Position numbers and translations under genes: made by a program
Shown: piece after piece, positions 12,007 through 21,999 of the stretch
Layout: each line of letters begins with the position of its first letter
How positions within the stretch are numbered: the first letter of the stretch is position 1
Notes under the pieces: model-generated
What the model saw: only the letters and a program-made list of their open reading frames with translations
Databases searched by the model: none
What the model was told of the DNA's origin: nothing
Assembly (NCBI GenBank): GCA_963824095.1
Contig: CAWGNS010000008.1
Span: forward strand, 755,627-819,626
Source: Terriglobia bacterium
GTDB lineage: Bacteria; Acidobacteriota; Terriglobia; Bryobacterales; UBA6623
Length of the DNA stretch: 64,000 bases
Direction of reading: 5' to 3'

Positions 12007-12861
12007 CTACAACTGAGCCAAAACCGCCGCCGTTTTCAAGCGCCCCTCGACCTGCGCCTCCAGACGCTGGTTGAGAAACCGCCGCAAATCCTCGGCCGTC
12101 TTCGAATCCCAGGGCCGTTCGCGCAAATCCGCTAGCGGCTTCCGAAGCATCTCCGCTGCGATCGCCCGCGACTCGGGCGACATCACCCAGGAATCCCGCG
12201 TGCGATACTCCGCCAGGAACAGCCCCGGCTGTGAACGCTCGAAATACGCCGGCTGATCCGGCTCCAACTCCACGCCCGACTGCTCGCAAACCTGCAGCGG
12301 AGGCAGCCAGCCGCCCAGCCGCAGCGACCACAACGAAAAATACGTCAGCGCCCGCCACAGCCAGCCCGGCACCCCGCCGCCCGTGCCCGGCGCGGCCGTG
12401 GGGCGGGGCGAGCCGCCCGGCTTTGCCGAAACCCCGTTCGCCGCGGCGGCCTTGCCGGAATCCACACCGCCGCCGAGCGCCAGCCGAATCTCCTCCACCA
12501 CAGACAGCAACAGCCGAAAGAACTTTTCGTTCGGCTCGTGGTCGGGCAAAAGATGTTCGGTGACTTCGGTGAGGAAGTCCAGCGCCACCAGTGCCGGGTA
12601 GTCGGCCCGCAGGAAAACCGGCGGAGCCATCAGCTCGCAGCGATCCAGCTTGACCAGTTCCTGGGTTTCCTTCTGATAGTAGAAGGCTCGGACGTGCGAA
12701 AGCCGCTCCAGCCCGGAGCCAAAGCGACTTTTCGGCCGGCGGACTCCGTTGGCGATCCCGCGCAGCTTGCCCCGGTCGCGCGCCAGAAAGCTCACGACCA
12801 AGTCTGCCTCCCTGTATGGATACGTGCGTAGAACGAACGCTTCGCTTTGTCGGGCAGGCAT
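12007..12861 (-). CDS. recO: DNA repair protein RecO
   Basis: EAFVLRTYPYREADLVV, GKLRGIANGVRRPKSRFGSGLE; upstream of glyQS as commonly seen. Confidence 0.93.
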   Translation of the reverse strand: MPARQSEAFVLRTYPYREADLVVSFLARDRGKLRGIANGVRRPKSRFGSGLERLSHVRAFYYQKETQELVKLDRCELMAPPVFLRADYPALVALDFLTEVTEHLLPDHEPNEKFFRLLLSVVEEIRLALGGGVDSGKAAAANGVSAKPGGSPRPTAAPGTGGGVPGWLWRALTYFSLWSLRLGGWLPPLQVCEQSGVELEPDQPAYFERSQPGLFLAEYRTRDSWVMSPESRAIAAEMLRKPLADLRERPWDSKTAEDLRRFLNQRLEAQVEGRLKTAAVLAQL

Positions 12862-13010
12862 TGCTGCGCGTAGACGCCGCGCTTAATCCAACAGGATAGC
12901 AGTTTCCGGCCACCGGCCGGCCGCTAGTGGCGGAGTTTGCCGTTTCGCCAGGCCCCAAGCCCCTGGCCGCCTGCGGCGCGGGCCCTTGCCCGGCAGGTCA
13001 AACTCTTCCC

Positions 13011-13415
13011 TCACCCGCGACGCCGCTTGCGCAGGCCGCTCCACTCCTCGCAAACAATGATCGAGTTGTAAGGGTTCTTCGAGTGATATTTGACGTACAC
13101 CGAGCCAATCAGCGCCGCCGGATCCTCGCCAATTTGCTCGATCAGCGTGGAAACGTCCTGGCAGGTCGAATAGTCGACTCCGCCGATCGAGTAGGTGTAA
13201 TAGAGAAGACGCACCGCCCCGAGGCTCTCGCTGGCCCCGGGCTCGTCGACATCGAACACGGTCCCGTCGGTGATGCGGCCCTGGCGATAGACACTCAGCC
13301 GCCGCCGCCGTTCGCGTTCGGCGGCGGACGGCCGCTTCAGGATGTAGAAGACAGCACCGCCTATGAGGGCCGCCGCGGCGACCCCTGCCGTGATCAGAAC
13401 CGGCGAAGCTGTCAA
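13011..13415 (-). CDS. Small single-TM membrane protein (DUF3592-like)
   Basis: TTG start with GGAG RBS right after the transaldolase stop; hydrophobic N-terminus, ERERRRR, YYTYSIGGVDY, VKYHSKNPYNSII. Confidence 0.7.
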   Translation of the reverse strand: MTASPVLITAGVAAAALIGGAVFYILKRPSAAERERRRRLSVYRQGRITDGTVFDVDEPGASESLGAVRLLYYTYSIGGVDYSTCQDVSTLIEQIGEDPAALIGSVYVKYHSKNPYNSIIVCEEWSGLRKRRRG

Positions 13416-13432
13416 GGCTGTCTCCAGCGGAG

Positions 13433-14092
13433 TTAGCCGACCGGGGCTGTTTCGAGCGTCTTGCGGTAGTCCGCCAGAAACTTCGCAAGGCCAATGTCCG
13501 TCAGCGGGTGATTGAAGAGTTGGTCGAGCACTTTGAACGGCATCGTGCTGATGTGCGAACCGGCCAGTGCCGCCTCTTTGATGTGCAGCGGGCTGCGGAT
13601 CGACGCGGATAGCACCTGCGTCGGGTAACCGTAGTTCTCGTAGATCGTGACGATCTCGCGAATCAGATCCATGCCTTCCTGCGCAATATCGTCGAGCCGG
13701 CCCAGAAACGGGCTGATGATGTAAGCGCCGGCCTTGGCGGCCAACAGCGCCTGCACCGGGCTGAAGCACAGCGTCACGTTGACGCGAATGCCTTCCGACG
13801 ACAGCACCTTGGTGGCGCGAATGCCATCGCGCGTCAGCGGGCACTTGACCACGACGTTGTCGTGAATCTTGGCCAGCTTGCGGCCCTCCGGGACCATCTC
13901 CTCGGCGACGGTCGATACCACCTCGGCGCTGATGTCGCCGTCGATGATATCGCAGATCGCGCGGATCTGGTCGACCTGTGAGTTCCCTTCCTTGGCGATC
14001 AGCGACGGGTTGGTGGTGACGCCATCGACAATGCCATATGACGCGGCTTTGCGTAGTTCATCCAGGTTTGCGGAATCGACAAACAGTTTCAT
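13433..14092 (-). CDS. tal: Transaldolase / fructose-6-phosphate aldolase family
   Basis: MKLFVDSAN, GVTTNPSLI, VVKCP, NVTLCFS, SPFLGRLDD, ASIR. TAAGGAG RBS and an upstream TATAAT near 14140. Confidence 0.93.
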   Translation of the reverse strand: MKLFVDSANLDELRKAASYGIVDGVTTNPSLIAKEGNSQVDQIRAICDIIDGDISAEVVSTVAEEMVPEGRKLAKIHDNVVVKCPLTRDGIRATKVLSSEGIRVNVTLCFSPVQALLAAKAGAYIISPFLGRLDDIAQEGMDLIREIVTIYENYGYPTQVLSASIRSPLHIKEAALAGSHISTMPFKVLDQLFNHPLTDIGLAKFLADYRKTLETAPVG

Positions 14093-14289
14093 TTGCGGGG
14101 GTCTCCTTACCGGTATTTCCGTCGGCTTCCCAAACCTCAATTATATCAGCCGGCTCGAATGCTTCCGGAGAACCTGCCGTATCGATTCCGGCCCCAAGAT
14201 TACCAAACCGCTACGGAGACGGCCGGCGACGCCAACCTCCACTCCGGCGAGCTCCCGCTCTAACCAAGGGCTACCCTCGGGTATCCCCC

Positions 14290-14324
14290 GTAGCGCAGGG
14301 CTGGCATCTTGCCAGACCTGCGGC
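14290..14324 (+). repeat. REP-like family B copy
   Basis: GTAGCGCAGGGCT..AGACCTGCGGC, also at 52443-52477 and inverted at 58759-58787. Confidence 0.75.
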
Positions 14325-14483
14325 CTCTTTACAGACGTGCGTGTCACCGCCGCCGCGAAAACGTTACCGTCATCGTCGTGCGTCACCGTCACCGTCGTGC
14401 AACCCGATTCGCGGAATAGGTGGAAATTCCCCGTCCTTGTTGCAAACCCCCGGCGGCCGAACCATAGCTGCTATCCTATTCGC

Positions 14484-14564
14484 GACTACATAGCCGGACG
14501 GGCAACGCAGACCTACGAGGCGAAAGGCTTGCGTACCCGAAGGAAGCCGGCTACGTGTACTTTT
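14484..14564 (+). ncRNA. Candidate structured small RNA or leader, unassigned family
   Basis: Extended -10 TGCTATCCT at 14469-14477, nested stems TAGCCGG/CCGGCTA, CGGG/CCCG, ACGCAGACCT/AGGCTTGCGT, then a short T-tract. Confidence 0.4.
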
Positions 14565-14770
14565 CAGATCGGGCGGGTTAATCGTGCAACGGGCGCAAAA
14601 TCGGCGACACGGCTAGATAAATTCCCCGAGCAGGTGAGAAAACCGCAAAATCGAAACCTGCCCGCACAGGCGGCGGGAGGCGTCTCGGTCTATTCAACGA
14701 ATCTGGTTTTCGAAGAATCTGTCTGAGTAGAAGTTGACGACCGGCGGAGGCCGGAAAGGGAGGAGACAGG

Positions 14771-15811
14771 ATGCCTGAAGCTCGGCTTGCATCCCAAAGT
14801 CCGGTAGCCGACCTGCGTGAGGCGATGTTGCAGGTCATCAACGGCGGCTTTGCTGCGCAGTGCGTCTATGTCGCGGCCAAGCTCGGCATCGCTGATTTTC
14901 TCAGCGAGGGGCCCAAAAGCTGCGACGAACTGGCTGTTGAAACAAGCACCCACGGCCCTTCGCTGTATCGCGTGATGCGCGCCCTGTCGGGCCTGGGAAT
15001 TTTCCACCAGGAGAACGACGGCCGCTTCGCGCTGACGCCGCGATCGGAACTGCTTTGCTCCGGCGTCGAGGGTTCGCTGCGCGACTGGGCCATCCTGCGC
15101 GGCGAAGATTTCGTTTGGCGCCCCTGGGGGGCCATCCTCGAAACCGTGCGCACGGGAAGCTCGGCGTTTCGGCAGGTATTCGAGAGTGACCCCTTCGAAT
15201 ACTTGCGGCACGACGCCGAAGCGGCGCGCATTTTCGACCGCGCCATGAGCTCGATCTCGGCGCCAAAATTCGCGGCCGTGGCGGCGGCTTATGATTTCTC
15301 GGGCATCCAAACCCTAGTGGATGTGGCGGGCGGTACCGGAGGAATGCTCGCCGCAATTCTCGCATCCCATCCGGGAATGCGGGGCATTTTAGCGGATCTG
15401 CCGCGTGTCATCGCGAACGCCCGGCAACAAATCGAGGAAGCCGGTCTCGCCGGCCGCTGCCAATGCGTCGAAACCGACATGTTCGAGAGCATCCCGCCGG
15501 GCGGTGACGCCGTAATATTGTGCGGCGTCATCCACAACTGGGACGACGAGCGCTCCGTTGAGATCCTGGGGCAGTGCCGGCGGGCGCTGCGCCCCGGAGC
15601 AAAGTTGTTGCTGGTCGAACTACTGATCGCCGCACCCAACCAGCCGCACATCGGCAATTTCGCCGATCTCGACATGCTGCTGTTGACCGACGGAGGCCGC
15701 GAGCGCACCCAAGCCGAATACGCCGCCTTGTGTGAAGCTGCCGGATTCCGCCTCACCCGCGTCCTGGCCACCAACTCGCCCTGGAGCATTCTCGAAGGCA
15801 CCGCGGTCTGA
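14771..15811 (+). CDS. SAM-dependent O-methyltransferase (dimerisation domain plus Methyltransf_2)
   Basis: AAKLGIAD HTH, LVDVAGGTG, DLP, IHNWDD, GGRERT; GGAGGAG RBS. Confidence 0.92.
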   Translation: MPEARLASQSPVADLREAMLQVINGGFAAQCVYVAAKLGIADFLSEGPKSCDELAVETSTHGPSLYRVMRALSGLGIFHQENDGRFALTPRSELLCSGVEGSLRDWAILRGEDFVWRPWGAILETVRTGSSAFRQVFESDPFEYLRHDAEAARIFDRAMSSISAPKFAAVAAAYDFSGIQTLVDVAGGTGGMLAAILASHPGMRGILADLPRVIANARQQIEEAGLAGRCQCVETDMFESIPPGGDAVILCGVIHNWDDERSVEILGQCRRALRPGAKLLLVELLIAAPNQPHIGNFADLDMLLLTDGGRERTQAEYAALCEAAGFRLTRVLATNSPWSILEGTAV

Positions 15812-15849
15812 ACGCCAATCGACGAAGGAGCACGCCCGCGGGAAATCCC

Positions 15850-17460
15850 CTACGGGGACGCCACATACCCCTGGCGCGAACGCACCTGGGCGCCGGGCCG
15901 CCGCACCTGAATATCCACCGAGTGCCAGGCGCCGTCGAGCTTTTGATCCTCGGGGTAGTAGGCCAGCGCGTACACCGCCCGCAACTCGCTTTCGACCTGC
16001 GCATAGACCGGATCGAGCTGCTGCAGTGAGCGCGCCGGAAACAGCCGGCCGCCGGTGGCCTCGGAGAGTTGTTCCATGCGCTCGCGGGCGCGCCGCGACC
16101 AACCTGTCGTGTTGCTGCCGGGCTCGGCCGCGTTGAGCAGAATGGGGTAGATCAGCGCATCGAACCGCCGCGCCGCCTTGCGCAGCCGTTCAAAGGAAAC
16201 TTCCGACGGCGTCAACTCTCCGTAGAGCTGGTTGTCGACGCCGTCGCTGATGACGATCAGTGCATTGCGTTCGCCTTCGTGTTGCATGAGTTCCTCGGCG
16301 TAGGAAAGCACGAGCGCGTCATACAGCGGCGTTCCCCCCGAGACCTGCGGCAGCGCTTCGATCAGGCTCTTGAGCTGCTCGCGGTTGTTCGTCAGCGGCG
16401 AGACGACATGGAAGCGGTCGTGGGCCAGCGCGTAAACCGCTACCCGGTCGTTGGGCCGGGCGATGTCGAGAAAGCGCAGCGCGGCGGCCTTCATGTCCTC
16501 ACGGTTCTGTTTGGTACTGCCGCTCAGGTCGAGCAGCAGCACTAGATTGAAGGGCGCCTCCTCCGCCGAGGCAAATGCGATATCCTGCCGCACTCCATCC
16601 TCGATCAGAGTAAAGTCGCTCGCCTTGAGTCCGGTCATCGGGTGCCCGTTGGCGTCGTAAACAGCCGCGGCCAGATTCACCATTCGCACCGAGGAGGTGA
16701 ACAAGGCTTCGCCGTCGGCCGCCAGCGCCGATCCGTCGGGTTTCGCCGCCGGCAGACTTTTCGTCTGAGGAGACGGGTGAGCGCTCTTCGGCTTGCTTTT
16801 TTCGCCGGCCACGATCGCATCGAGCACCGCCGGCGCTTGCCATGGCAGCTTGACCGGCGAATCCTGCGGAATCGGTATGTTGCGCAAGGTGACCCGCTCC
16901 GAGTTCCCGGCGTCGACCAGAAACTGTCCGTAGGTCACGTGCGTTTTCGACAGGCGGTCTTCGAGCACCCAGGAATTGCCCCGCTCCGGCGACGTTTGGT
17001 ACGTCGTGAAGCGAAACCCTTTTGGCAGATTGACCGAGTTGGGCTTTTGGCGCGCGATCACCCGCACGCGGCTGGCATTCCAGGGCGCTTCAAGCGCGAG
17101 TTCCCCGGTTTCGGTGACCAACTCCGCGGAGGCGAACATACCGCTCGCCGAAATCGGCCCCGCTTTGGTGATGACCTGGAGGCGTGCCCCGTACGGTAGC
17201 TCCACGTGAAGGTCGATGCGCGCGTTGTCGGCCGGGTGGGTCTTGATCAGCAGCACACCAGGCTGCTGTGTGCTGCCGGCATCGGTGGCGGTTACGGCGC
17301 GGTCGGGGCTGGAGGCCTGCACCTGGAGCTGCCCGGAAGCAGTTACCTCGACCGATACCCCACCGTTGGGATTTTCGATCCGCACCGTTTGCGCCGGGGC
17401 GTTCGAAGCCGCCCATGCCAGCGGCACGCATAGCAGTAACGCTCTCAGGATCAGAAACAT
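15850..17460 (-). CDS. Secreted VWA-domain protein (acidobacterial VWFA family) with N-terminal beta-rich domain
   Basis: Signal peptide; MIDAS DLSGS, GTPLYDA, ISDGVD, TGGR, RSRQGY. Confidence 0.88.
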   Translation of the reverse strand: MFLILRALLLCVPLAWAASNAPAQTVRIENPNGGVSVEVTASGQLQVQASSPDRAVTATDAGSTQQPGVLLIKTHPADNARIDLHVELPYGARLQVITKAGPISASGMFASAELVTETGELALEAPWNASRVRVIARQKPNSVNLPKGFRFTTYQTSPERGNSWVLEDRLSKTHVTYGQFLVDAGNSERVTLRNIPIPQDSPVKLPWQAPAVLDAIVAGEKSKPKSAHPSPQTKSLPAAKPDGSALAADGEALFTSSVRMVNLAAAVYDANGHPMTGLKASDFTLIEDGVRQDIAFASAEEAPFNLVLLLDLSGSTKQNREDMKAAALRFLDIARPNDRVAVYALAHDRFHVVSPLTNNREQLKSLIEALPQVSGGTPLYDALVLSYAEELMQHEGERNALIVISDGVDNQLYGELTPSEVSFERLRKAARRFDALIYPILLNAAEPGSNTTGWSRRARERMEQLSEATGGRLFPARSLQQLDPVYAQVESELRAVYALAYYPEDQKLDGAWHSVDIQVRRPGAQVRSRQGYVASP

Positions 17461-17992
17461 CGGACGCGGACTCCAGGGGCGGGCGGTGGTCCCGTCTCAA
17501 TGGTACCAACCAGGTCGGGGGCCTCGAATGCTGGTATCTGGCGCGAGTGCCGTGCTAACCCATCGACGTTTGAGGCACACCGTTCGTTGCGTCCACCTCC
17601 CGGCACCGAGCGCCGAAAATGTTCTTCCCGCCCCCACCCGGGCCCGTCAAAACCCGCCGCAGCGTCAAGACGCGAAATCCGAGCCGCAAGAGGACCAGAC
17701 GGGCGAAAAAAGCACCCAGCAGGGCTAGCCCAGGTCAAGCTTGGGCGGACCGAAAAAGGCACGGAAGCAAAAAAGCGCACCCGTGGCGCCCAGCTAGATT
17801 TCCATCCAAGCCACAGCCGTTCCCGGGTGGCGCACGACAACCCGGGTGAAGGTGCTATCCTCCGGATTCGCCGCGCCCAAATTTAGGCCGGTGGTGCGAG
17901 AAGTCCGGGCTTCGGGCGGCACGCGGAGGAACGGGCGACAGCGAATCGCCGGCTCTCCCCCAACACCGTCGCGAAGGTTCTGCATCAACACC

Positions 17993-19237
17993 ATGAAACT
18001 CAGTCGTTGGCAAAAGATTCTGGCGGCGCTTGCCTCCGTCGGTCCGGGGATTTTCCTGATCGGGTACAACATCGGCACCGGCAGCGTCACCACGATGGCC
18101 AAGGCGGGCGCCGAGCACGGCATGGCGTTGTTCTGGGCCGTCGTCGTTTCGTGCGTGCTGACTTACGTTCTGATGGTTGCCTACGGCCGAGTAACCCTGG
18201 TTACGGGGCGAACCGCGCTCGCCAACTTCCGGTCGTGCTTTCGCTTCGGTACGCTGCTCGCTATCTACATCCTGATCGCCCTGATTCTGGGCGAGTTGCT
18301 GGCGCTGATCGGGATCATGGGCATTGTCGGGGACTTGCTGCAGGAAGCCTCGCGCATCTTGTTCGGCGGCCAGGGCGTCGATCCGTTCTGGATGATCACC
18401 GCCTGTACGGCCGGCATCTACGGCCTACTGTGGTACGGCCGCTACGGCTTCTTCGAAAAAATCCTCACCGTCCTGGTCGCTCTGATGGCGCTGTGTTTCC
18501 TGCTCGAGCTGGTATTGCTCAAACCGAGCATGGGGGTGATTCTCGAGGGCTTGGTTCCGCGCATCCCCAACGTTCCCGGAGCCTTCGGGCTGGTTGCGGC
18601 GATCGCGGGCACCACCTGCTCGGCGGCGGTTTTTGTGATGCGCAGCATCGTCGTCAGCGAGAAAGGCTGGGGACCGGGCGATCTCGCGCAAGAACGGCGC
18701 GACAGCTTCGTATCGGCCGCCGTAATGCTGTTGCTGAGTGGAGCGATCATGGCCGTGGCCGCGGGAACGCTCCACGTGATGGGGCTGCGGCTCGACAACA
18801 CCGTCGAGATGGTGCGCCTGTTCGAGCCGATGGGAGGCAAGGTCGCCGCGCTGGTTCTAATCCTGGGCGTGACCGGGGCCGGGCTCTCGAGCGCCTTCCC
18901 GATCGTACTCATCGCACCGTGGTTGGTCTGCGACTACACCGGCCGCCCGCGCAACATCCGCTCTCCGCTGTTCCGTGTTCTCGGCCTGGTCGGAATCCTG
19001 TTCGCCTTCGGCAGTCAGTTGCTCAGCCAGCGCCCGCCGGCTCTGATGGTCTTCTCCCAAGCGTTTCAGGCCTGCATCCTACCGGCCGTCGTCATCCCCA
19101 TCATGATCCTGATCAACTCGCGGAAGGTCATGGGAGACAACCGCGCCGGGACCGCCATGAATGTCGGCCTTGTCGCCTCGCTGCTGTTCTCGCTATTGAC
19201 GACCTACCTAGCCATCGCCGAGCTCGTGGCTGCATAG
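17993..19237 (+). CDS. Nramp/MntH-like divalent metal transporter
   Basis: GPGIFLIGYNIGTGSVTT..AGA..G N-terminal motif, many TM segments, AGTT. Confidence 0.8.
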   Translation: MKLSRWQKILAALASVGPGIFLIGYNIGTGSVTTMAKAGAEHGMALFWAVVVSCVLTYVLMVAYGRVTLVTGRTALANFRSCFRFGTLLAIYILIALILGELLALIGIMGIVGDLLQEASRILFGGQGVDPFWMITACTAGIYGLLWYGRYGFFEKILTVLVALMALCFLLELVLLKPSMGVILEGLVPRIPNVPGAFGLVAAIAGTTCSAAVFVMRSIVVSEKGWGPGDLAQERRDSFVSAAVMLLLSGAIMAVAAGTLHVMGLRLDNTVEMVRLFEPMGGKVAALVLILGVTGAGLSSAFPIVLIAPWLVCDYTGRPRNIRSPLFRVLGLVGILFAFGSQLLSQRPPALMVFSQAFQACILPAVVIPIMILINSRKVMGDNRAGTAMNVGLVASLLFSLLTTYLAIAELVAA

Positions 19238-19900
19238 AAACCAAAACAAAGCAGGCCCGCCGCCGCCCGTCAAGGCACGAGCGTGTTACCGACACACTGA
19301 CCTCCCAATGCCACGGCGACCATCACTTCAGTAACCCCAACCAGGCAGTAGCCTGACCCCTCACTCGTGGCGCGAATGTCCAGGTTTACCGCGTCCCGAT
19401 TCCTCGGGAAGTAGGGCCCCAACCCACCATGCCCGCACCGCACTCACAAGAGACTCAAACACACGGTAGATCTAAACCAACCACCACCCGCACACAGTGC
19501 GCCAATCCCCGTCGACCGAAACGCAACAAGCCCGGGCAACTCCAACAACCATTCCAAGAACACAAACCCGCGTAACCTTTGAAAACTCTTTCCTGAAAAT
19601 CGGGTTAGACCCCAGGGGAGGCCCATTCCGTCGAAACCAGAATGTTCCGCGGCCAGTCTGACTCCCAGGGGCTACCCGACAGTCTCGTCAGAGTCGAGAG
19701 CGCACCTCCGGGCGCGTGCGGAAATCGCCGCGCGTCCGGTGGAGCGTATGCCCCGTTTGCGCCTTCGGTGAGGCTGGCCGAAGGCCTGGTTCGCCCGCCA
19801 TCGTCCGCGTCGTGAAGCGTGCCGGCTCTCGCGCCGGTGCCCCGGCTGGAAGTGCGCCAAGCCGCGCGTCCAATCCCTTTTCAACAACAAAGGATTCCGG

Positions 19901-21337
19901 ATGAGCTCTCAACGCATCGTTGTCACCATCGCACTGACCTTTTTCTTTTGCGTGCCCGTCTATCTGATTTCGAACGAAGACGGCCCCCTGCCCCGCCACA
20001 CCGGCGGGCCATTTCCAGGCGAGCAGACCTGCGCCATCACCGACTGCCACATCGGCACTCCCATCAACAGCGCCGGCGGTAGCGTCAGTATTAGCATCGA
20101 CGGTATGCCCGCCGGACAACAGGCTTATGTCCCCGGCGCTACGGTGCCGGTCGTCGTGCGCATCGAAGACCCCACACAGATGCGCTGGGGTTTTGAGTTG
20201 AGCGCGCGCGGCGCCGACGGTTGTTCCCAGGCCGGCAGCTTTTCGACCTCGGCGAACGAAAGCCCTGGAGCCGTGCAGATCTATCCCACCAACTCCATGG
20301 ACAACATAGCGGGGTGCCCGCCCGAGACCCTGCAGTTCCCCATCCACATGGTGCCCAAGGCCGGCCCCGGCGGAGCCAGCTACGAGTTCGACTGGACCGC
20401 CCCTACCTCGGCGGGCTTCGGCCCGGTCACCTTCGCCGCGGCTGGCAACGCCGCCAACGGCAATCGCGAGCCCACCGGAGACCACATCTACACCACCAGC
20501 GCCGTCGTGTCGCCGGCGGCCGTCGAGCCCGCTCCCAAACCCTCGATCACCTCCGGGGGCGTGGTCGTCGCCACCGGCACGCCCGTGGTTTCCAGCGTCT
20601 CGCCCAACGCTATCCTGACCATCTTCGGGCAGGATTTCGCGCCCCAGGGCACCCAGGCCCTCAACCCCGCCGTCGATATCGAGGGCAATGTCGATACCCG
20701 GCTGGCCGACACCTGTGTCGAAATCAACAACGTCCGCTCCCCGATCTTCGCGGTGTTTCCGACGCAGATCAATCTGCAGGGCCCGACAATCGACGCCAGC
20801 GGCCCGGTCTCGGTGGTGGTCATCCGCGCCTGCGGCCTGCCCGAGGAGAACCGCAGCGATCCGGAAATGGTGAACATGGCCGCTGTTACGCCAGCATTTT
20901 TCAACTTCGTGAACAACCAGAACGGGGAGAACCCGATCGCCACCCTGCACGGCGGCGGACCCGCGCTGGTGGGCCCTTCCGGGCTGTTTGGCGGCAGTGT
21001 CGAGACCACCCCAGCCACCCCCGGTGAGTTCGTGAGCTTGTTCGCCACCGGGCTTGGGCCCACCAACCCAGCGCTGCTGGCGGGCCAGATTCCCCAGTCC
21101 GTCCGGGAAGCGAACCCGCTGGCGCCGGTGACCGGCAATGTTGCCCTTATGATCGGCGGAATCGCGGTAGTGGGGGACGACCTCTTCTATGTCGGCGTCG
21201 CGCCCTGCTGCGCGGGGCTGTATCAAATCGTCGCCAAGGTGCCCGACGCCGCCCCGGACGGCAACCTGCCCGTCGTGGTGACGGTGGATGGCGTCCCGAG
21301 CCCCACGGGGCCGTTTATCGCCGTCGCACGGCCCTGA
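19901..21337 (+). CDS. Secreted protein: Reeler/choice-of-anchor V domain plus TIGR03437-like C-terminal domain
   Basis: TGGPFPGEQTC..CH, WGFELSAR, FDWTAP, AGNAANG..GDHIY; then TIFG, QIN, SLFATGLGPT, GLYQI. Confidence 0.8.
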   Translation: MSSQRIVVTIALTFFFCVPVYLISNEDGPLPRHTGGPFPGEQTCAITDCHIGTPINSAGGSVSISIDGMPAGQQAYVPGATVPVVVRIEDPTQMRWGFELSARGADGCSQAGSFSTSANESPGAVQIYPTNSMDNIAGCPPETLQFPIHMVPKAGPGGASYEFDWTAPTSAGFGPVTFAAAGNAANGNREPTGDHIYTTSAVVSPAAVEPAPKPSITSGGVVVATGTPVVSSVSPNAILTIFGQDFAPQGTQALNPAVDIEGNVDTRLADTCVEINNVRSPIFAVFPTQINLQGPTIDASGPVSVVVIRACGLPEENRSDPEMVNMAAVTPAFFNFVNNQNGENPIATLHGGGPALVGPSGLFGGSVETTPATPGEFVSLFATGLGPTNPALLAGQIPQSVREANPLAPVTGNVALMIGGIAVVGDDLFYVGVAPCCAGLYQIVAKVPDAAPDGNLPVVVTVDGVPSPTGPFIAVARP

Positions 21338-21431
21338 TCGCCGCCGGCCGCAACGATTCTCGCGCGGACCTGTCCCCCCGGGTCCGCGCGAGTCCGCAAC
21401 CGCGAAGCCGACCCCCGCCCGGCCTTTCCTC

Positions 21432-21451
21432 TTTGCCTTTTGCCTTTTGCC
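21432..21451 (+). repeat. Short heptamer tandem repeat (TTTGCCT, about 3 copies)
   Basis: Seen directly in the sequence. Confidence 0.7.
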
Positions 21452-21473
21452 TCGCCAACGCCGCCAGCGACAA

Positions 21474-21607
21474 GTGGCGCGGGCCTCCGGCCGGCAGTGT
21501 CGACCTGAGGTCGACATCTCCTTGCATTCTTCGATATCCCGCACAAACTGCCAACTCCCAAAAACGTCGACCCCAGGTCGACGCTACCGACCAGAGGTCC
21601 GCGCCAC
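21474..21607. repeat. REP-like family A, inverted doublet
   Basis: GTGGCGCGGGCCTCCGGCCGGCAGTGTCGACCTGAGGTCGAC (21474-21515) with an inverted copy at 21566-21607. Confidence 0.85.
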
Positions 21608-21916
21608 AAGTGCGTCCCGCCACAGCCCGCCGCGCCTTGCCCCGCCGCTTCTTCCCCGCTTTGTGCCTGGCCCATCAAAAAGACCGGCCGATCCGCCAAA
21701 AAAGACCTATACTACGAACTGGACTATTCCCCGGCGCAGGGCAGCACGCCGCCGTGGTGCTACAGGCCGGGTTCAGGCCATGCCAAGTGCCGGCGCGAAG
21801 GCGAACCGGCCGCGTGCCGCGCGCTACTGACGGTGTCAGCTAGATCTTCCTTTGCCCGTCTCGGGCTTTATTTTTTATCCCATTGATTCTAAACCTGTTA
21901 CATGGCGGGCCAGCCC

Positions 21917-21932
21917 TGGCTGGCGGATTGCC
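21917..21932 (+). promoter_or_regulatory. Possible sigma54 (-24/-12) promoter with upstream IHF-like tract
   Basis: TGGCTGGCGGATTGCC has the GG-N10-GC spacing. An AT-rich tract with TTGATTCTAAACCTGTTA lies at about 21867-21900. Confidence 0.45.
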
Positions 21933-21999
21933 TTCTCCCATCGCCCAGGGAACCGTACGCAGCGGCCCGCTTGGGCGAGCCGGGAAGGCAGTGTCCAAC

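Noticed and set aside
14141-14392. tmRNA-tag-like peptide DDDGNVFAAA in an 83-aa ORF
   Set aside because: No stop after the alanines and no tRNA-like ends; the ORF runs through a REP copy.
14536-14552. SRP RNA-like GAAGGAAGC
   Set aside because: It lacks the CAGG/AGCA symmetric loop and the GGAA tetraloop geometry.
17898-17912. RNase P RNA-like GAGAAGTCCGGGCT
   Set aside because: No matching 3' ACAGAA..CGGCTTA element, and the Nramp gene starts 80 nt later.
21474-21607. CRISPR array
   Set aside because: The repeats are inverted and dispersed, not regularly spaced direct repeats, and there are no cas genes.
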